Shown here in pieces: positions 1 to 10,995 of a DNA stretch of 53,991 bases; positions within the stretch are counted from its first letter, which is position 1; every line of letters begins with the position of its first letter. The position numbers and the translations under genes were made by a program. This stretch comes from Bacillota bacterium (GTDB lineage Bacteria > Bacillota > Dethiobacteria > DTU022 > UBA8154). Location: NCBI GenBank assembly GCA_012839215.1, contig DUNV01000125.1:1-53991 (forward strand). The letters are read 5' to 3'. The notes below the pieces were generated by a model that saw only the letters and a list, made by a program, of their open reading frames with translations, searched no databases and was not told where the DNA came from.

Positions 1-1047
1 AAATCTTCTTTCGGCAATTTTGCGATCCAGGTGCAATTCCAAATTGCCCGTACCCTTGAATTCCTCATAAATAACATCATCCATACGGCTGCCCGTATCG
101 ATCAGGGCGGTAGCCAGCATCGTCAGGCTGCCCCCCTCGTCAATATTCCGTGCCGCCCCGAAAAAACGCTTAGGCTTATAGAAGGCAGCCGGATCTATCC
201 CACCGGAAAGGGTTCTGCCACTGGGGGGAATAACCAGGTTATAGGCACGGGTCAGGCGGGTAATACTGTCCAGCAAAATGACCACATCCTGGCCATGCTC
301 CACGAGCCTTTGGGCACGTTCCAGAACCAGCTCCGCCAGGCGAACATGATTGTCAGGACGCTCATCAAAGGTGGAGCTAAGCACCTCCCCCTTGACCGAC
401 CTGCGCATATCGGTTACCTCCTCCGGCCTCTCATCGATAAGCAGGACGATTAGTTCCAGCGAAGGGTAGTTTTCGGAAATACTGTTGGCAATTTTTTTTA
501 ATAAAAAGGTTTTGCCTGCCTTAGGTGGCGAGACGATCAACCCCCGCTGCCCTTTCCCCACGGGAATAAGAAGATCGATAATACGAGTGGACATCTCCTC
601 GGGATCCCTTTCCAGGAATAGTTGATCATCCGGGTGAATGGGAACCAGGTCGGAAAAACCCGGCCTTGCTGCTGCCTTTTCGGGGTCTTTGTTGTTAACA
701 GCATCAACATGCAGCAGGGCAAAATAACGCTCATTTTCCTTGGGCGGCCTCACCTTGCCCGAAATCAAATCCCCTGTTCTCAGGCCAAACCGGCGGATCT
801 GTGAAGCAGAAATATAGATATCATCCTCGTGTGGCAGGTAATTAATACGCCTTAGAAAACCGAAACCGTCCGATATAATCTCTAGAACCCCTTCCGCAAA
901 GATCAGCCCTTCGGTTTCTGTTTCCTGTTTAAGCAGGGCAAAAATGAGATCTTTTTTCTTCATGGAACTGAAACCCTTGATTTCGCTGTCTTTAGCCAGT
1001 CGCTGTAATTCATCCAGATTCATGGCATCAAGCTCGATTAGCTGCAA
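1..1047 (-). CDS. rho: Transcription termination factor Rho; C-terminus cut off by left window edge
   Basis: Minus-strand translation by eye: [28 protein letters not shown] (Walker A, about 481-560) and [22 protein letters not shown] at positions 1-66; N-terminus [18 protein letters not shown]. Absent from the ORF track because no stop lies inside the window. Start is TTG 1047 (GGAAGGG 6 nt upstream) or ATG 1023. Confidence 0.93.
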   Translation of the reverse strand, partial: MQLIELDAMNLDELQRLAKDSEIKGFSSMKKKDLIFALLKQETETEGLIFAEGVLEIISDGFGFLRRINYLPHEDDIYISASQIRRFGLRTGDLISGKVRPPKENERYFALLHVDAVNNKDPEKAAARPGFSDLVPIHPDDQLFLERDPEEMSTRIIDLLIPVGKGQRGLIVSPPKAGKTFLLKKIANSISENYPSLELIVLLIDERPEEVTDMRRSVKGEVLSSTFDERPDNHVRLAELVLERAQRLVEHGQDVVILLDSITRLTRAYNLVIPPSGRTLSGGIDPAAFYKPKRFFGAARNIDEGGSLTMLATALIDTGSRMDDVIYEEFKGTGNLELHLDRKIAERRF

Positions 1048-1075
1048 AAATATCCCTTCCTTTCATATTATGCCT

Positions 1076-2053
1076 TTACCCCATATAAAAAAGGTACAAA
1101 AATGTCACCAGATAACCACCAAGGATAACCCATGATGGTGCATTAATACCAAAAATATTGCGACGGCTGGGGATCAGCAATCCTATAACCGCCACGGTTG
1201 TAAGAACCATACCCATCACGGCAGTGACGAGGTGTTGGAACGAGAGGCTGCCCAGGAGCAAACCCTCCCGGTAAAAAATATCGCCAAAAAAGAAAAGGAG
1301 AATATTAAAAAGATTAGAACCAAAGACGACGCCAATAGCCATCTCTGGCAATCCCATGCAGATGGAAGTTATCGAGGTGGCAAGTTCCGGCAGGGATGTG
1401 GCTGCAGCAATTAGGATAGAGCCGATCATAGTCTCTCCAAGGCCTGTCTCCAAAGCAATTAGTTTAGAGGTATCGGTCAACCCAACCCCGGCAAAAACAA
1501 TAATCGCAGCTGCCAACAGGTAAAAGTACAGGGCCCGGGCCAATCCGGAACGTGTGGTTTTATTATCCGCCTCTACCCTGCCGCCATTTCTATTTCGTTC
1601 CAATCCCGTAATTATTGCACTGGCCAAAAGATACATGCCGAAAACAAATATACTGTCCAGGCCAACCCACCCGATGCCCCAGGGGAGTTTCACTACGATG
1701 GCAACAAGGGAGATTCCTGCCAAAATGATACTAAAAAGGGCTGTAACAATCAATCCCCTTTTGCGCCGGGCCCTATATAGGCCCCGCGGATATAAAATAC
1801 CCACAAGAATTAGGATCAAGAGATTAAAAAGATTACTCCCGAAGATATTGCCCCCGGCCAGATCCGGGGCGCCAATCATGGCAGCCCGGCAGGAGGCGAC
1901 TAATTCAGGAAGTGATGTTCCTATGGAAAGAAGAAGGGTTCCGGCCCAGGCCTTGCTCAGGCCCAGGCCGTCGGAAACCAGTTCCGCATTTTTGCTCAGC
2001 TGCGTTCCGGCAACGATAATCAACCCAGAATAAACCAAAAACAACAGCCACAT
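1076..2053 (-). CDS. Ca2+/cation antiporter, CaCA (YrbG-like) family membrane protein
   Basis: 325 aa polytopic protein carrying both CaCA alpha-repeat signatures, GTSLPELVAS and ATSLPELATS. Confidence 0.85.
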   Translation of the reverse strand: MWLLFLVYSGLIIVAGTQLSKNAELVSDGLGLSKAWAGTLLLSIGTSLPELVASCRAAMIGAPDLAGGNIFGSNLFNLLILILVGILYPRGLYRARRKRGLIVTALFSIILAGISLVAIVVKLPWGIGWVGLDSIFVFGMYLLASAIITGLERNRNGGRVEADNKTTRSGLARALYFYLLAAAIIVFAGVGLTDTSKLIALETGLGETMIGSILIAAATSLPELATSITSICMGLPEMAIGVVFGSNLFNILLFFFGDIFYREGLLLGSLSFQHLVTAVMGMVLTTVAVIGLLIPSRRNIFGINAPSWVILGGYLVTFLYLFYMG

Positions 2054-2160
2054 ATTCAGTAGTATTCCCCCGTTCCCAATAGCCCAAACTATTATTTTAT
2101 GTATTTTCTATCCTGCCTGGGCTAAATCCTGCAAAACATATTCTCGCGGTCTTCTGCCGG

Positions 2161-3135
2161 CTAGGAACAGGTCCTGGCGATGAAATTTGGTTTTAAATCA
2201 AGCCGGTGGGTTGCTTTTACAAAGCGCACTGTCCCGGTAGTACCCCGCATGACAACAGATTCAGTCGTGGCAACATTACCGGCATACCGCACACCTTGTA
2301 AAAAATCCCCATCGGTAATTCCCGTCGCGGCAAAAATTACATCATCGCCCCTAACCAAATCATCCATCGTTAGGAACTGGGCAGGATCCTTGAGGCCCAT
2401 CTTGATAACACGTTCCCTTTTCCGCTCGTCATCCGCCACCAGCCTGCCCTGTATCTCGCCCCCCAGACATTTTAGGGCTGCCGCGGCCAGAACACCTTCC
2501 GGGGCTCCCCCGATACCAAAAAGAATGTCCACCCCTGTTCCCTCCACTGCTGTGGCCATCGCCGCAGAAACATCCCCATCGGTGATCAGCCTTACCCTGG
2601 CCCCTAGCCGGCGTAATTCATCGATAATTCCCTGGTGACGCTCCCGATCAAGAATAATTGCCACAAGGTCCTCGATTTTTTTCCCAAGGGCCTCCGCCAC
2701 CGAGCCCATATTCTCCTCTACGGATGCATCAAGATTAATGTGCCCCTTGGCTTTTGGGCCCACGGCAATCTTGTCCATATAAATATCGGGCGCATGCAAA
2801 AGACAATCCCGGGGAGCTACAGCTAGCACGGAAATAGCATTAGGCAACCCCTTGGCCACCAGGTTTGTTCCCTCGAGGGGATCCACAGCCACATCAACCT
2901 GGGGGGGCGTCCCCGCTCCAACCTTCTCTCCGATGTAGAGCATCGGGGCCTCGTCCATCTCACCCTCACCGATGACCACAACACCATCGATGTAAACCGA
3001 ATCGAAAGCCCTACGCATTGACTCTGTGGCAGCACCATCCGCAGCAATTTTGTCCCCCCGGCCCATCAGCCTTCCCGTGGCCAGGGCTGCTGCTTCGGTA
3101 ACACGTACAAACTCCAATGCCAGCTCCCGTTCCAT
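2161..3135 (-). CDS. glpX: Class II fructose-1,6-bisphosphatase
   Basis: 324 aa. [29 protein letters not shown] and [20 protein letters not shown] are typical GlpX. The tal-glpX-rho order matches Bacillus. Confidence 0.92.
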   Translation of the reverse strand: MERELALEFVRVTEAAALATGRLMGRGDKIAADGAATESMRRAFDSVYIDGVVVIGEGEMDEAPMLYIGEKVGAGTPPQVDVAVDPLEGTNLVAKGLPNAISVLAVAPRDCLLHAPDIYMDKIAVGPKAKGHINLDASVEENMGSVAEALGKKIEDLVAIILDRERHQGIIDELRRLGARVRLITDGDVSAAMATAVEGTGVDILFGIGGAPEGVLAAAALKCLGGEIQGRLVADDERKRERVIKMGLKDPAQFLTMDDLVRGDDVIFAATGITDGDFLQGVRYAGNVATTESVVMRGTTGTVRFVKATHRLDLKPNFIARTCS

Positions 3136-3228
3136 AACCGTTCCTCTCCTTTGTTTAGATAGTTGGGGAAATATAATGTGATTCAGCGGCAGCCTGTTTT
3201 ATGCCAGGAACAGCCCGCGGCAAAATCA

Positions 3229-3894
3229 CTAAATCCTTTCCTCCTGCCGGGTTTTTCCCCAATCCGCCAGGAAACGTTCTATCCCTAGATCAGTTAATGG
3301 ATGCCGGGACATCTGCCCAAGGACCGAAAAGGGAACAGTGGCTATATGTGCACCGGCGGCGGCCACTTGTTCCACATGCAGGGGATGCCTTATGCTCGCC
3401 GCGATAACCTTGGTATCCAACTCATGGCAGGTAAAGATATTCATGATATTTTTAACAAGATCGGTTCCATCCCAGCCGATATCGTCGATCCGGCCAATAA
3501 AGGGACTGACATAGGCTGCCCCGGCCCTGGAGGCCAGAAGGGCCTGGTTGGCGGAAAAAACCAGTGTCACATTACAGGGTACCTTTTTCCCCTCAGTAGA
3601 AAGCCGATGGACGGCCTTCAGCCCCTCGGCTCCCATGGGAATTTTTATAACAACATTATCAGCCAGGGCAGCAAGGCGATGGGCCTCCTCTACCATCCCG
3701 CCTGAAACGGTGCTGAGCACCTCCACGCTGACAGGACAGTCTGGCATGAGATTACATATTTTCTTGACAATCTCATCGAAAGGACCCTTTTCCTTGGAGA
3801 CAAGCGATGGATTTGTCGTAACTCCGCTTACTACCCCCCACGAATGCGCTTCCTCAATTTCCTTAAAATTTGCTGAATCAAGAAAAAACTTCAT
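3229..3894 (-). CDS. tal: Transaldolase / fructose-6-phosphate aldolase (short TalC/Fsa type)
   Basis: 221 aa. [31 protein letters not shown] and FIGRIDDIG are hallmarks of the short transaldolase family. Confidence 0.92.
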   Translation of the reverse strand: MKFFLDSANFKEIEEAHSWGVVSGVTTNPSLVSKEKGPFDEIVKKICNLMPDCPVSVEVLSTVSGGMVEEAHRLAALADNVVIKIPMGAEGLKAVHRLSTEGKKVPCNVTLVFSANQALLASRAGAAYVSPFIGRIDDIGWDGTDLVKNIMNIFTCHELDTKVIAASIRHPLHVEQVAAAGAHIATVPFSVLGQMSRHPLTDLGIERFLADWGKTRQEERI

Positions 3895-4010
3895 GGCATT
3901 TCCACTCCCCCTAAATTAGTCTGAAGATGTACCGCTGCCAATTCAATAAATAACCGCTTTTTCTACAGTATCCGACAATCTATTTTAACACAATTTAGAT
4001 CATCTGCCGA

Positions 4011-4673
4011 CTAGAATGGGGTGCGTCCTGAAAAATCTTCCAAAGCCTGTATGAGCATGGGAAAAATAAAAACAATGGAAAGCAGCATAAAGAGGATAAA
4101 CGATGAAACAAGAGTAATTAAGGGCATAAAAAACGCCAACGAGGCACGGCCCCATGAAAAACCATGTACCTGTTTGATACCGGCAATTCTTAGGGCAACA
4201 GACCACAAGAAGGCCACCAGGCCAATCAATCCCAGGATATTAAAAGCTGTATAACGCCCCAGAACCCCCCCAACAGCAATAACCAGCAGGGGGAAATGAG
4301 CGTATCCCAGGACTGCTCCCAGTGAGGTTACTTCTCCCTTGCCACCCAAAAGTCCTGTTACAAAATTTTGTATGGCCACCATGAGGAAAAAATAAAGCGG
4401 CCCGAAAAAAAGCTGGACAAAAAAAATTAGCAAGGGGAAAAAATGCTGTGTTTTTTCTAAAAAGTCTAACGACGAAAAAGGAACCAATCCATGAGGTACC
4501 CATGAAAATGTGGCTAATGAATCCAGATTTAAAGTAGCCATAGAAACAACGATATTTACTGCAAAGTAAACTGTCAGGCCCTGCCAGATACCCCTCTGCC
4601 TGGCCACACGCCCAATTCCCTTGGCAGGGCTGAACAGAATATCGAAAAAATCATCTAATAAATTCTTGAACAT
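4011..4673 (-). CDS. Yip1-like polytopic membrane protein (function unknown)
   Basis: Hydrophobic ORF with about 5 TM segments. N-terminus MFKNLLDDFFDILFSPAKGIGRV resembles the Yip1 domain family by eye only. ATG 4673 (AAAGGGG upstream) is preferred over the track start 4736. Confidence 0.5.
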   Translation of the reverse strand: MFKNLLDDFFDILFSPAKGIGRVARQRGIWQGLTVYFAVNIVVSMATLNLDSLATFSWVPHGLVPFSSLDFLEKTQHFFPLLIFFVQLFFGPLYFFLMVAIQNFVTGLLGGKGEVTSLGAVLGYAHFPLLVIAVGGVLGRYTAFNILGLIGLVAFLWSVALRIAGIKQVHGFSWGRASLAFFMPLITLVSSFILFMLLSIVFIFPMLIQALEDFSGRTPF

Positions 4674-4771
4674 GACACCCGGAAACCCCTTTCTACAGGA
4701 AAGAACATCCTGGCGCCCAAACCTTTGATCCTCCATAGACCAACTATATGTTTATTTCGCTCCCTGACAGT

Positions 4772-6427
4772 TTATTCCTCCATTTCATAGGATGAAAATT
4801 TTTCCTTCTTGTGGCGCTGTTTCAGGGCGGCAGCTACAAACTCCCTAAAAAGTGGATGTGGCCTGTTGGGACGCGACCTAAATTCCGGATGAAACTGGGT
4901 GGCCACAAACCAGGGATGGCCACCAAGCTCCATGATCTCCACCAGCCTCCCGTCGGGGGACATCCCACTAAACATTAGCCCCCCCGCTTCCTGCAATTCC
5001 TCACGAAAAATGTTGTTAAGCTTATAACGATGGCGGTGCCTTTCATAAATAATTTCATCACCGTAAGCGGCAAGGGCCCTACTATCGGGATAGAGCTTGC
5101 AGGGATAAAGGCCCAGTCGCATGGTTTTGCCCTGATCAGCAATTTCCTCTTGTTCGGGCAGTAAATCAATGACCGGATGTGGTGTGTCAGGATCAAATTC
5201 CGTCGAATGGGCACCTTCTAAGGCGCAAAGGTTTCTGGCTATTTCAATTACGGCACAGTGGAGCCCCAGGCAAAGACCCAGGTAGGGTATAGAGTTCTCC
5301 CTGGCAAAGCGGGCTGCGGCAATCTTTCCTTCGATCCCCCGCTCCCCAAACCCCCCGGGCACGAGAATACCATCAGCACCCTTTAGAATTTCGGCCACTT
5401 CATCCTGCCCATGGCATCTTTCCACCCTTTCAGCCTCGATCCAGTGCAAATCGATCTCTGCGTTATTGTATATACCGGCATGTTTAAGCGCCTCGACAAC
5501 GCTCAGGTAGGCATCCTTCAGGGAAATGTACTTTCCGACCAGGGCAATAGTTACCTGTCTTTGCAAACTGTTAATTTTTTGGACCATCGCTTCCCATTCC
5601 CCCAGGCGTGCTTCCCGGGCGGGGAGGCCCAGCTTATCCAGAACCTTGATATCCAAGCCTTCATCTTTAAGCAGCAAGGGCACCTGGTATATATTGGAAA
5701 CACTGTTGTTTTCAATGACCTCGCTCACCTTGACATCACAGAAAAGGGCTATCTTTTCCTTTATTTCCTGGGAAAGAGCATGTTCAGTCCGGCAAACGAT
5801 TAGATCCGGCTGAATTCCGATGCTACGAAGCTCTTTGACACTATGCTGCGTTGGCTTTGTTTTCAATTCCCCCGAGGCAACCAGGTAGGGCATCAGGGTT
5901 ACATGCAGATAACAGACATTCTCCCTCCCCAGCTCAATTTTAAGTTGCCTGATTGCCTCTAAAAAAGGAAGACCCTCAATATCCCCTACCGTTCCCCCAA
6001 TTTCCGTAATAACCAGATCAACCTTGGGATCCTTTGCGACCCGCATGATGCTCCCCTTTATCTCATTGGTAATATGGGGAATGACCTGGACAGTCCCGCC
6101 ATCATACTCACCCCGGCGTTCCTTGTTAATGACAGACCAGTAAATTTTCCCTGTCGTGACATTATTATTTTTCGTTAAATTAAAATCGATGAAACGTTCA
6201 TAATGCCCCAGATCGAGATCCGTTTCCGCCCCATCGTCTGTCACAAAAATTTCGCCATGCTGGAAAGGATTCATCATGCCTGGATCGACGTTAATATAGG
6301 GATCAAGCTTTTGAATACTAACACGAAAACCCCGGCTTTTAAGCAGGCAACCCAGGGAGGCGGCGGTAATACCTTTCCCAAGGGAAGAAACCACACCGCC
6401 CGTAATAAAGATAAATTTGGAACCCAT
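4772..6427 (-). CDS. pyrG: CTP synthase
   Basis: [21 protein letters not shown]-terminus, GATase nucleophile [20 protein letters not shown] 6427 with GAAGGAAGG upstream is preferred over the track start 6466. Confidence 0.96.
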   Translation of the reverse strand: MGSKFIFITGGVVSSLGKGITAASLGCLLKSRGFRVSIQKLDPYINVDPGMMNPFQHGEIFVTDDGAETDLDLGHYERFIDFNLTKNNNVTTGKIYWSVINKERRGEYDGGTVQVIPHITNEIKGSIMRVAKDPKVDLVITEIGGTVGDIEGLPFLEAIRQLKIELGRENVCYLHVTLMPYLVASGELKTKPTQHSVKELRSIGIQPDLIVCRTEHALSQEIKEKIALFCDVKVSEVIENNSVSNIYQVPLLLKDEGLDIKVLDKLGLPAREARLGEWEAMVQKINSLQRQVTIALVGKYISLKDAYLSVVEALKHAGIYNNAEIDLHWIEAERVERCHGQDEVAEILKGADGILVPGGFGERGIEGKIAAARFARENSIPYLGLCLGLHCAVIEIARNLCALEGAHSTEFDPDTPHPVIDLLPEQEEIADQGKTMRLGLYPCKLYPDSRALAAYGDEIIYERHRHRYKLNNIFREELQEAGGLMFSGMSPDGRLVEIMELGGHPWFVATQFHPEFRSRPNRPHPLFREFVAAALKQRHKKEKFSSYEMEE

Positions 6428-6471
6428 CCTTTTTGCCCTTCCTTCTGCTATTTTATCTGTTTGCACATAGT

Positions 6472-7368
6472 TTACAAAAAAGTCAGGAGTGCTTCCCTGA
6501 TAATTTTAGCGCCCAATAATGCTGTAATCTGTGAAGGATCGTAAGGAGGGCAGATCTCCACTAGATCAAAGGCAATAATATTATTTTTGAGGCCCTCCAG
6601 GAGTGGAAATATTTCCAACAGTTCCCCGGAGGTGATTCCTCCCGGCTCCGGGGCTGTCACCCCGGGCGCAAAGGCCGGATCGACAACATCAATATCCAAG
6701 GAAAGATAAATCATCCTGTCCTGTAGTAACGGTAGCAATGCCGCCAGCGGCTCCTTTAAAGAAAAACAAAATACATTCCCATCCGCCAGCCCTCTTGCTT
6801 CTTCCCTGTCCGCCGAACGAATACCAAACTGGAAAAGCTCCACGCCTTTCAGCCTGCGCAGGTAGTAGGCCACTGAGGCGTGTGAAAAGAGTGCCCCCAT
6901 GTATGATGGACGCATATCGGCGTGGGCATCAAGATACAAAACTGTCAATTCAGGAAAAGCTTGCAAACAACCCCTCACAGCACCATAAGTTACCAAGTGT
7001 TCCCCACCCATCAAAAAAGGTTTTTTGCCTCTAGCCAGCAGGGATGAAACTGCATGGGTAATTGCCCCCAGGGAAGCCTCCGTATTGCCCGGCGCCAGTG
7101 TCAAATCACCAGCATCAAAAAAAAAGAGTTCCCGAAGATCTCTTTTGCTGGAAAGGCTATACTCCTCGAGAGCAACAGAAACCGTTCGCAGGGAGGCCGG
7201 GGCAAAGCGGCTCCCCGGCCTGAACGAGCCCGTATCATCCAGTGGACATCCCAACAACACCCCGTCCGCCCTATCCAGATCATCACCGGCAGCCAGAAAT
7301 GTTCCCCTACTTTCAGTCCCGGCGATTTTACTGCCCACCACTATTCTCCCCCTTAACATTATTTGCAC
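6472..7368 (-). CDS. speB: Agmatinase / arginase-family ureohydrolase
   Basis: Mn-binding motifs [15 protein letters not shown] and [14 protein letters not shown]. Start uncertain: GTG 7368, or GTG 7341 which has AAGGGGGAG 4 nt upstream. Confidence 0.88.
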   Translation of the reverse strand: MQIMLRGRIVVGSKIAGTESRGTFLAAGDDLDRADGVLLGCPLDDTGSFRPGSRFAPASLRTVSVALEEYSLSSKRDLRELFFFDAGDLTLAPGNTEASLGAITHAVSSLLARGKKPFLMGGEHLVTYGAVRGCLQAFPELTVLYLDAHADMRPSYMGALFSHASVAYYLRRLKGVELFQFGIRSADREEARGLADGNVFCFSLKEPLAALLPLLQDRMIYLSLDIDVVDPAFAPGVTAPEPGGITSGELLEIFPLLEGLKNNIIAFDLVEICPPYDPSQITALLGAKIIREALLTFL

Positions 7369-7417
7369 CTAAACCCATGCACTAACCCAACCACATAAAT
7401 GTTCGATGCAGCATTAT

Positions 7418-8257
7418 CTACTCGATCAGTTCCTGCACAAACCTGGGCAAGACAAAAGAGGCCCGGTGTACTTCCGGCCGGTAGTAACGGGTATTCCCCG
7501 GGGAAAAGGTCCCCTGGGGGCTAAGTGGATCATATCTTTTGGAGCCCATGGTAAAGCTCCATAGACCGCTTGGATATGTGGGAACAGAGGCAAGATAAAG
7601 GTAAGCAGCGGGGAAGGCCCCCTTGATGCGTGGGAAAACGCTGCGAATCAGTTCCGCATTATAAAATGGTGATTCCGTCTGGGCAACGAGGATGCCATCT
7701 TTTTTCAACGCCTTGAAAACGGCCCGATAAAAAGGGGCATCAAAAAGACCGATGGCCGGCCCGACGGGTTCGGTAGAATCGACAATGATCAAATCGCAAA
7801 ATTCATCGAGGGAATGAATGTATTCGATACCATCGGTATAGTGAATCTCTACCCTGGGATCATCTAGACAATAGGAAAGCTCAGGTAAGAAGCGGCGTGC
7901 CGCCTCTACCACCTGTGCATCAATTTCCACTAAAACAACCCTCTCGACCGAGGGATATTTGCATATTTCCCGCACTGTCCCGCCATCCCCGCCACCGATA
8001 ACGACTACGTTTCGGGGGGATGGATGAGTAAACATGGGTACATGCACGATCATTTCGTGGTAAACAAATTCATCCATCGCCGTCGTCTGCACCATCCCGT
8101 CCAACACGAGCATGCGGCCAAATTGAAAAGTATCCACTACCGCCAGTTCCTGATACTTTGTCTGGCAGCGCAAAAGGGTTTTTTTTACCGTGCAGGTTAA
8201 CCCGGCATTAGGCGTCTGTTTCTCAGTGTACCAAAGCTCCATTTCCAAATCGCTCAC
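7418..8257 (-). CDS. speE: Spermidine synthase-type aminopropyltransferase
   Basis: ELWYTEKQT, VVVIGGGDGGTVREI, DSTEPVGPA and PTYPSGLWSF closely parallel B. subtilis SpeE. Homolog alignment favours ATG 8242 (MELWYTE) over GTG 8257. Confidence 0.93.
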   Translation of the reverse strand: MSDLEMELWYTEKQTPNAGLTCTVKKTLLRCQTKYQELAVVDTFQFGRMLVLDGMVQTTAMDEFVYHEMIVHVPMFTHPSPRNVVVIGGGDGGTVREICKYPSVERVVLVEIDAQVVEAARRFLPELSYCLDDPRVEIHYTDGIEYIHSLDEFCDLIIVDSTEPVGPAIGLFDAPFYRAVFKALKKDGILVAQTESPFYNAELIRSVFPRIKGAFPAAYLYLASVPTYPSGLWSFTMGSKRYDPLSPQGTFSPGNTRYYRPEVHRASFVLPRFVQELIE

Positions 8258-8281
8258 TCACCCCGGCTAAATAATTTGACA

Positions 8282-8746
8282 CTACCAGAGGGCCACAGCC
8301 GCTACGACAGAGCCGGCTTTTTCCACCCGGTGTTCGACAGCTTTTACTTTCATATCTTTTAAGGCCAGGCCACGGTAAGCAAAGGCCTCAGTGATCATTT
8401 TTTCCACTTTGGATCTTGCCGTTTCGGCACTGCAGCAACCGGCATGTTCCATAATAACCCCAAAACTATCTTCGGAAAAGCCGATACCCACCGCCGCGGC
8501 GATCAGCTCCCCCTTTTTTTCGCTATTGGCCGCACCATAGGCCGTGGGGACAAAAGCACCCGGAGGAAAATCAATACCCTTTTCCTCCTCCAGACACCCC
8601 GGGGGGAGAATACTGCTGATGCGAACCAAATTTACATTACCGATACCGGCTTTCAGGAGGCACTTGTCGAAAGCTGTCAGGGTATGATCACCCTCGGCAC
8701 CAGCCGTCACAATAATAAAATGTCCCGGCTTGACAATCACCCGCAT
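8282..8746 (-). CDS. pdaD: Pyruvoyl-dependent arginine decarboxylase (PdaD type)
   Basis: About 154 aa. LTAFDKCLLKAGIGNVNLVRISSILPPG contains the Ser-Ser self-cleavage site of the PvlArgDC family. Lies in an operon with speE and speB. Confidence 0.85.
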   Translation of the reverse strand: MRVIVKPGHFIIVTAGAEGDHTLTAFDKCLLKAGIGNVNLVRISSILPPGCLEEEKGIDFPPGAFVPTAYGAANSEKKGELIAAAVGIGFSEDSFGVIMEHAGCCSAETARSKVEKMITEAFAYRGLALKDMKVKAVEHRVEKAGSVVAAVALW

Positions 8747-8859
8747 CACCCACTTTTAAAATTCTAAGGTTCAACTGCGCAATACTCCTCTTTGTTTATA
8801 TAAAAGGCATCGTTTCAGCAATACTATCTTGCTATTGATTCATAATCCTATACCCATAC

Positions 8860-9477
8860 TCATGCCAAAAAAGGATTATAACGGCGCTCATCCCCGATGG
8901 TCGACGGTGGACCGTGGCCCGGGTAAACTTTGGTACTATCCGCATAAACCAGCAGCTTGCTTTTGATGCTGACGATAATTTGCCGGTAGGATCCCCCGGG
9001 AAGATCAGTGCGCCCGATAGAACCGGCAAAAAGGGTATCGCCGGTGAAAAGCACCCCGGGAAGCTCTAGGCAGATGCCACCCGGTGTGTGCCCCGGGGTT
9101 TCCAAAACCTTGGCTGTCAGCGTTCCCATCTGCAGCTGTTCATTTCCCTTGATAAGGTAGTCCGGAGGAACAACCCGGCCTGATCCCATAAAAAAGGAGG
9201 TGCTGGCCTGAGGGCTGCGGTAAAGGGGTGCATCCGCATGATGAACAAGTAAGGGGGCCTCAAAAGCAGCCTTAACCTCACTATTTGCCCCACTGTGATC
9301 GATATGTCCATGTGTATTAATAATATATTTTATCTTCAGCTGAAGATCCCTGACCCGCCTGATAATGCGTTTGCCCTCTGCACCTGGATCGATAATCATG
9401 CCTTCAAAAGTTTGCGGGCATCCGACCAGATAACAATTAGACATGAACGGGCCCACTTCCAATTTATCCAGAATCAA
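8860..9477 (-). CDS. MBL-fold metallo-hydrolase (glyoxalase II-like)
   Basis: THGHIDH metal motif, PGHTPGG, TGDTLFAGSIGRTD. TTG start with GGGGG 8 nt upstream. Confidence 0.85.
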   Translation of the reverse strand: MILDKLEVGPFMSNCYLVGCPQTFEGMIIDPGAEGKRIIRRVRDLQLKIKYIINTHGHIDHSGANSEVKAAFEAPLLVHHADAPLYRSPQASTSFFMGSGRVVPPDYLIKGNEQLQMGTLTAKVLETPGHTPGGICLELPGVLFTGDTLFAGSIGRTDLPGGSYRQIIVSIKSKLLVYADSTKVYPGHGPPSTIGDERRYNPFLA

Positions 9478-9613
9478 TTTCTACGCCCCCGATTAAAAAT
9501 TAGTTCAGGAGGCAATCCCTCCCCCATGCTTCAAATCAAACTTTTATCATAGAATAAAAACTAAACTACATTATACCACAACTGTTACCATACCGGGAAA
9601 ATTTCGTGGAGCC

Positions 9614-10801
9614 TTAGGCATCCAAAGAAACAGGGGTGCTGCCCCTGCTGCTGGCAAAATAAACAATTAGGGCAATCAGAGCGGGAATAAGGGTTAAAAG
9701 AAACATATTGCTGTAACCCAGAGTACTGACAACGAAACCCCATCCAGCCGAACCGGCGGCCACCCCAATGTCAAAAGCGGTCCAGTAGGTGGCATTGGCC
9801 GCACCCCTTCTGCCAGGAGGAACCCGTTTGATGCATTGGGCTAGGAGCGTCGGCTGGATAAACCCAAAACCCAGGCCATAAAGGGTACCGGCAATAATTA
9901 GGTGCAGCGGGGTAGAAAGGGCAAACAACACCAGGATGGCAGCTGCCAGGGCCACGCAGCCTATTAAAACTACCAAATCGTAACCTTTTTCACCTTGCCG
10001 ATCGATAATTATCCCGGAAAAAGGGCGGAAGAGAAGCGTACTAATGGCAAACGCACTAAAATAAAGCCCGGCCGAAACCATACCCTGTTGGATCGTATAA
10101 AGGGAGATAAAAGAAAGCTGGGCACTGTAGGCAATGCCTATAAAAAGTGCAGCTGTAGCCGGTGGAAGCGATGTTTTCTCCACAAAAACCGCCTGGGCCC
10201 CTGCCGCCTGTTCCCTGGTGTAGGGATATTTTATCATCAGGGCGAGGATGATGGGGACTATGGTCAGGATGGAGCAGACCCAGAAGAGAACCTCGAAAGA
10301 ATGTTGGGCAATCAGCCATAAAGCAATAGCCGGGGCCACTGCCATGGCAATGCTGAGGGTTGCACTAAAAAACCCGGTACCCTCACCCAATCTTTCCAGT
10401 GGAATGATATCCGAGGAAACTGTCCAGGAGGAATTATTGGCCACCCCCCACCCCAGCCCTTGAACAAACCTTAGCGCAATTAAGAATAAAACCGGCACCA
10501 TGAAAGCATAAAGAACAGTCGGTATAAGTAAAAGCAGCAAGCCGCCTAGAAAGATCAGCTTGCGGCCGTAACGATCGAGGGCCCATCCGGCTACTGGCCT
10601 GGAAAAAACCGCGGCGAGGGTCAGCGAGGCCATCGCCAATCCGGCAATGGTGCTACTCCCCCCGAATTTTTCAATATAGATGGGCAGAGTCGGGGCAAAA
10701 CCGAAAAAAACCAGATAGATGGCCAAATTCGCCAGGCAGCTAAAAATAAAATCCCTCGTCCAAAGTTTGGGTTTTCCTACGTTCAAAGTCCTTTTTTCCA
10801 T
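9614..10801 (-). CDS. MFS transporter
   Basis: 395 aa, about 12 hydrophobic segments. MFS loop signature GWALDRYGRK between TM2 and TM3. Confidence 0.85.
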   Translation of the reverse strand: MEKRTLNVGKPKLWTRDFIFSCLANLAIYLVFFGFAPTLPIYIEKFGGSSTIAGLAMASLTLAAVFSRPVAGWALDRYGRKLIFLGGLLLLLIPTVLYAFMVPVLFLIALRFVQGLGWGVANNSSWTVSSDIIPLERLGEGTGFFSATLSIAMAVAPAIALWLIAQHSFEVLFWVCSILTIVPIILALMIKYPYTREQAAGAQAVFVEKTSLPPATAALFIGIAYSAQLSFISLYTIQQGMVSAGLYFSAFAISTLLFRPFSGIIIDRQGEKGYDLVVLIGCVALAAAILVLFALSTPLHLIIAGTLYGLGFGFIQPTLLAQCIKRVPPGRRGAANATYWTAFDIGVAAGSAGWGFVVSTLGYSNMFLLTLIPALIALIVYFASSRGSTPVSLDA

Positions 10802-10995
10802 TATCTTAACCTCCCGGGACAGCGCTGAAAACAGCTCCGACCGATAAATATAGTTTTATCTTCTTCAACCCTACCTGTCAAGTACTCCCCGAAAAGGGCA
10901 GATGCACAGCCTATGGATCCCGGTAATTGACCGCCTTAGCCACATGGACTGCCGTCTAAAATAGGCCCATGCCCTTTTCCAAAAAGGTTGCCCGG

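Noticed and set aside
8860-9477. MBL-fold hydrolase as the missing WalJ/YycJ
   Set aside because: It is 205 aa (YycJ is about 260 aa). It is glyoxalase-II-like by motifs, about 6 kb from yycI and separated from it by five unrelated genes.
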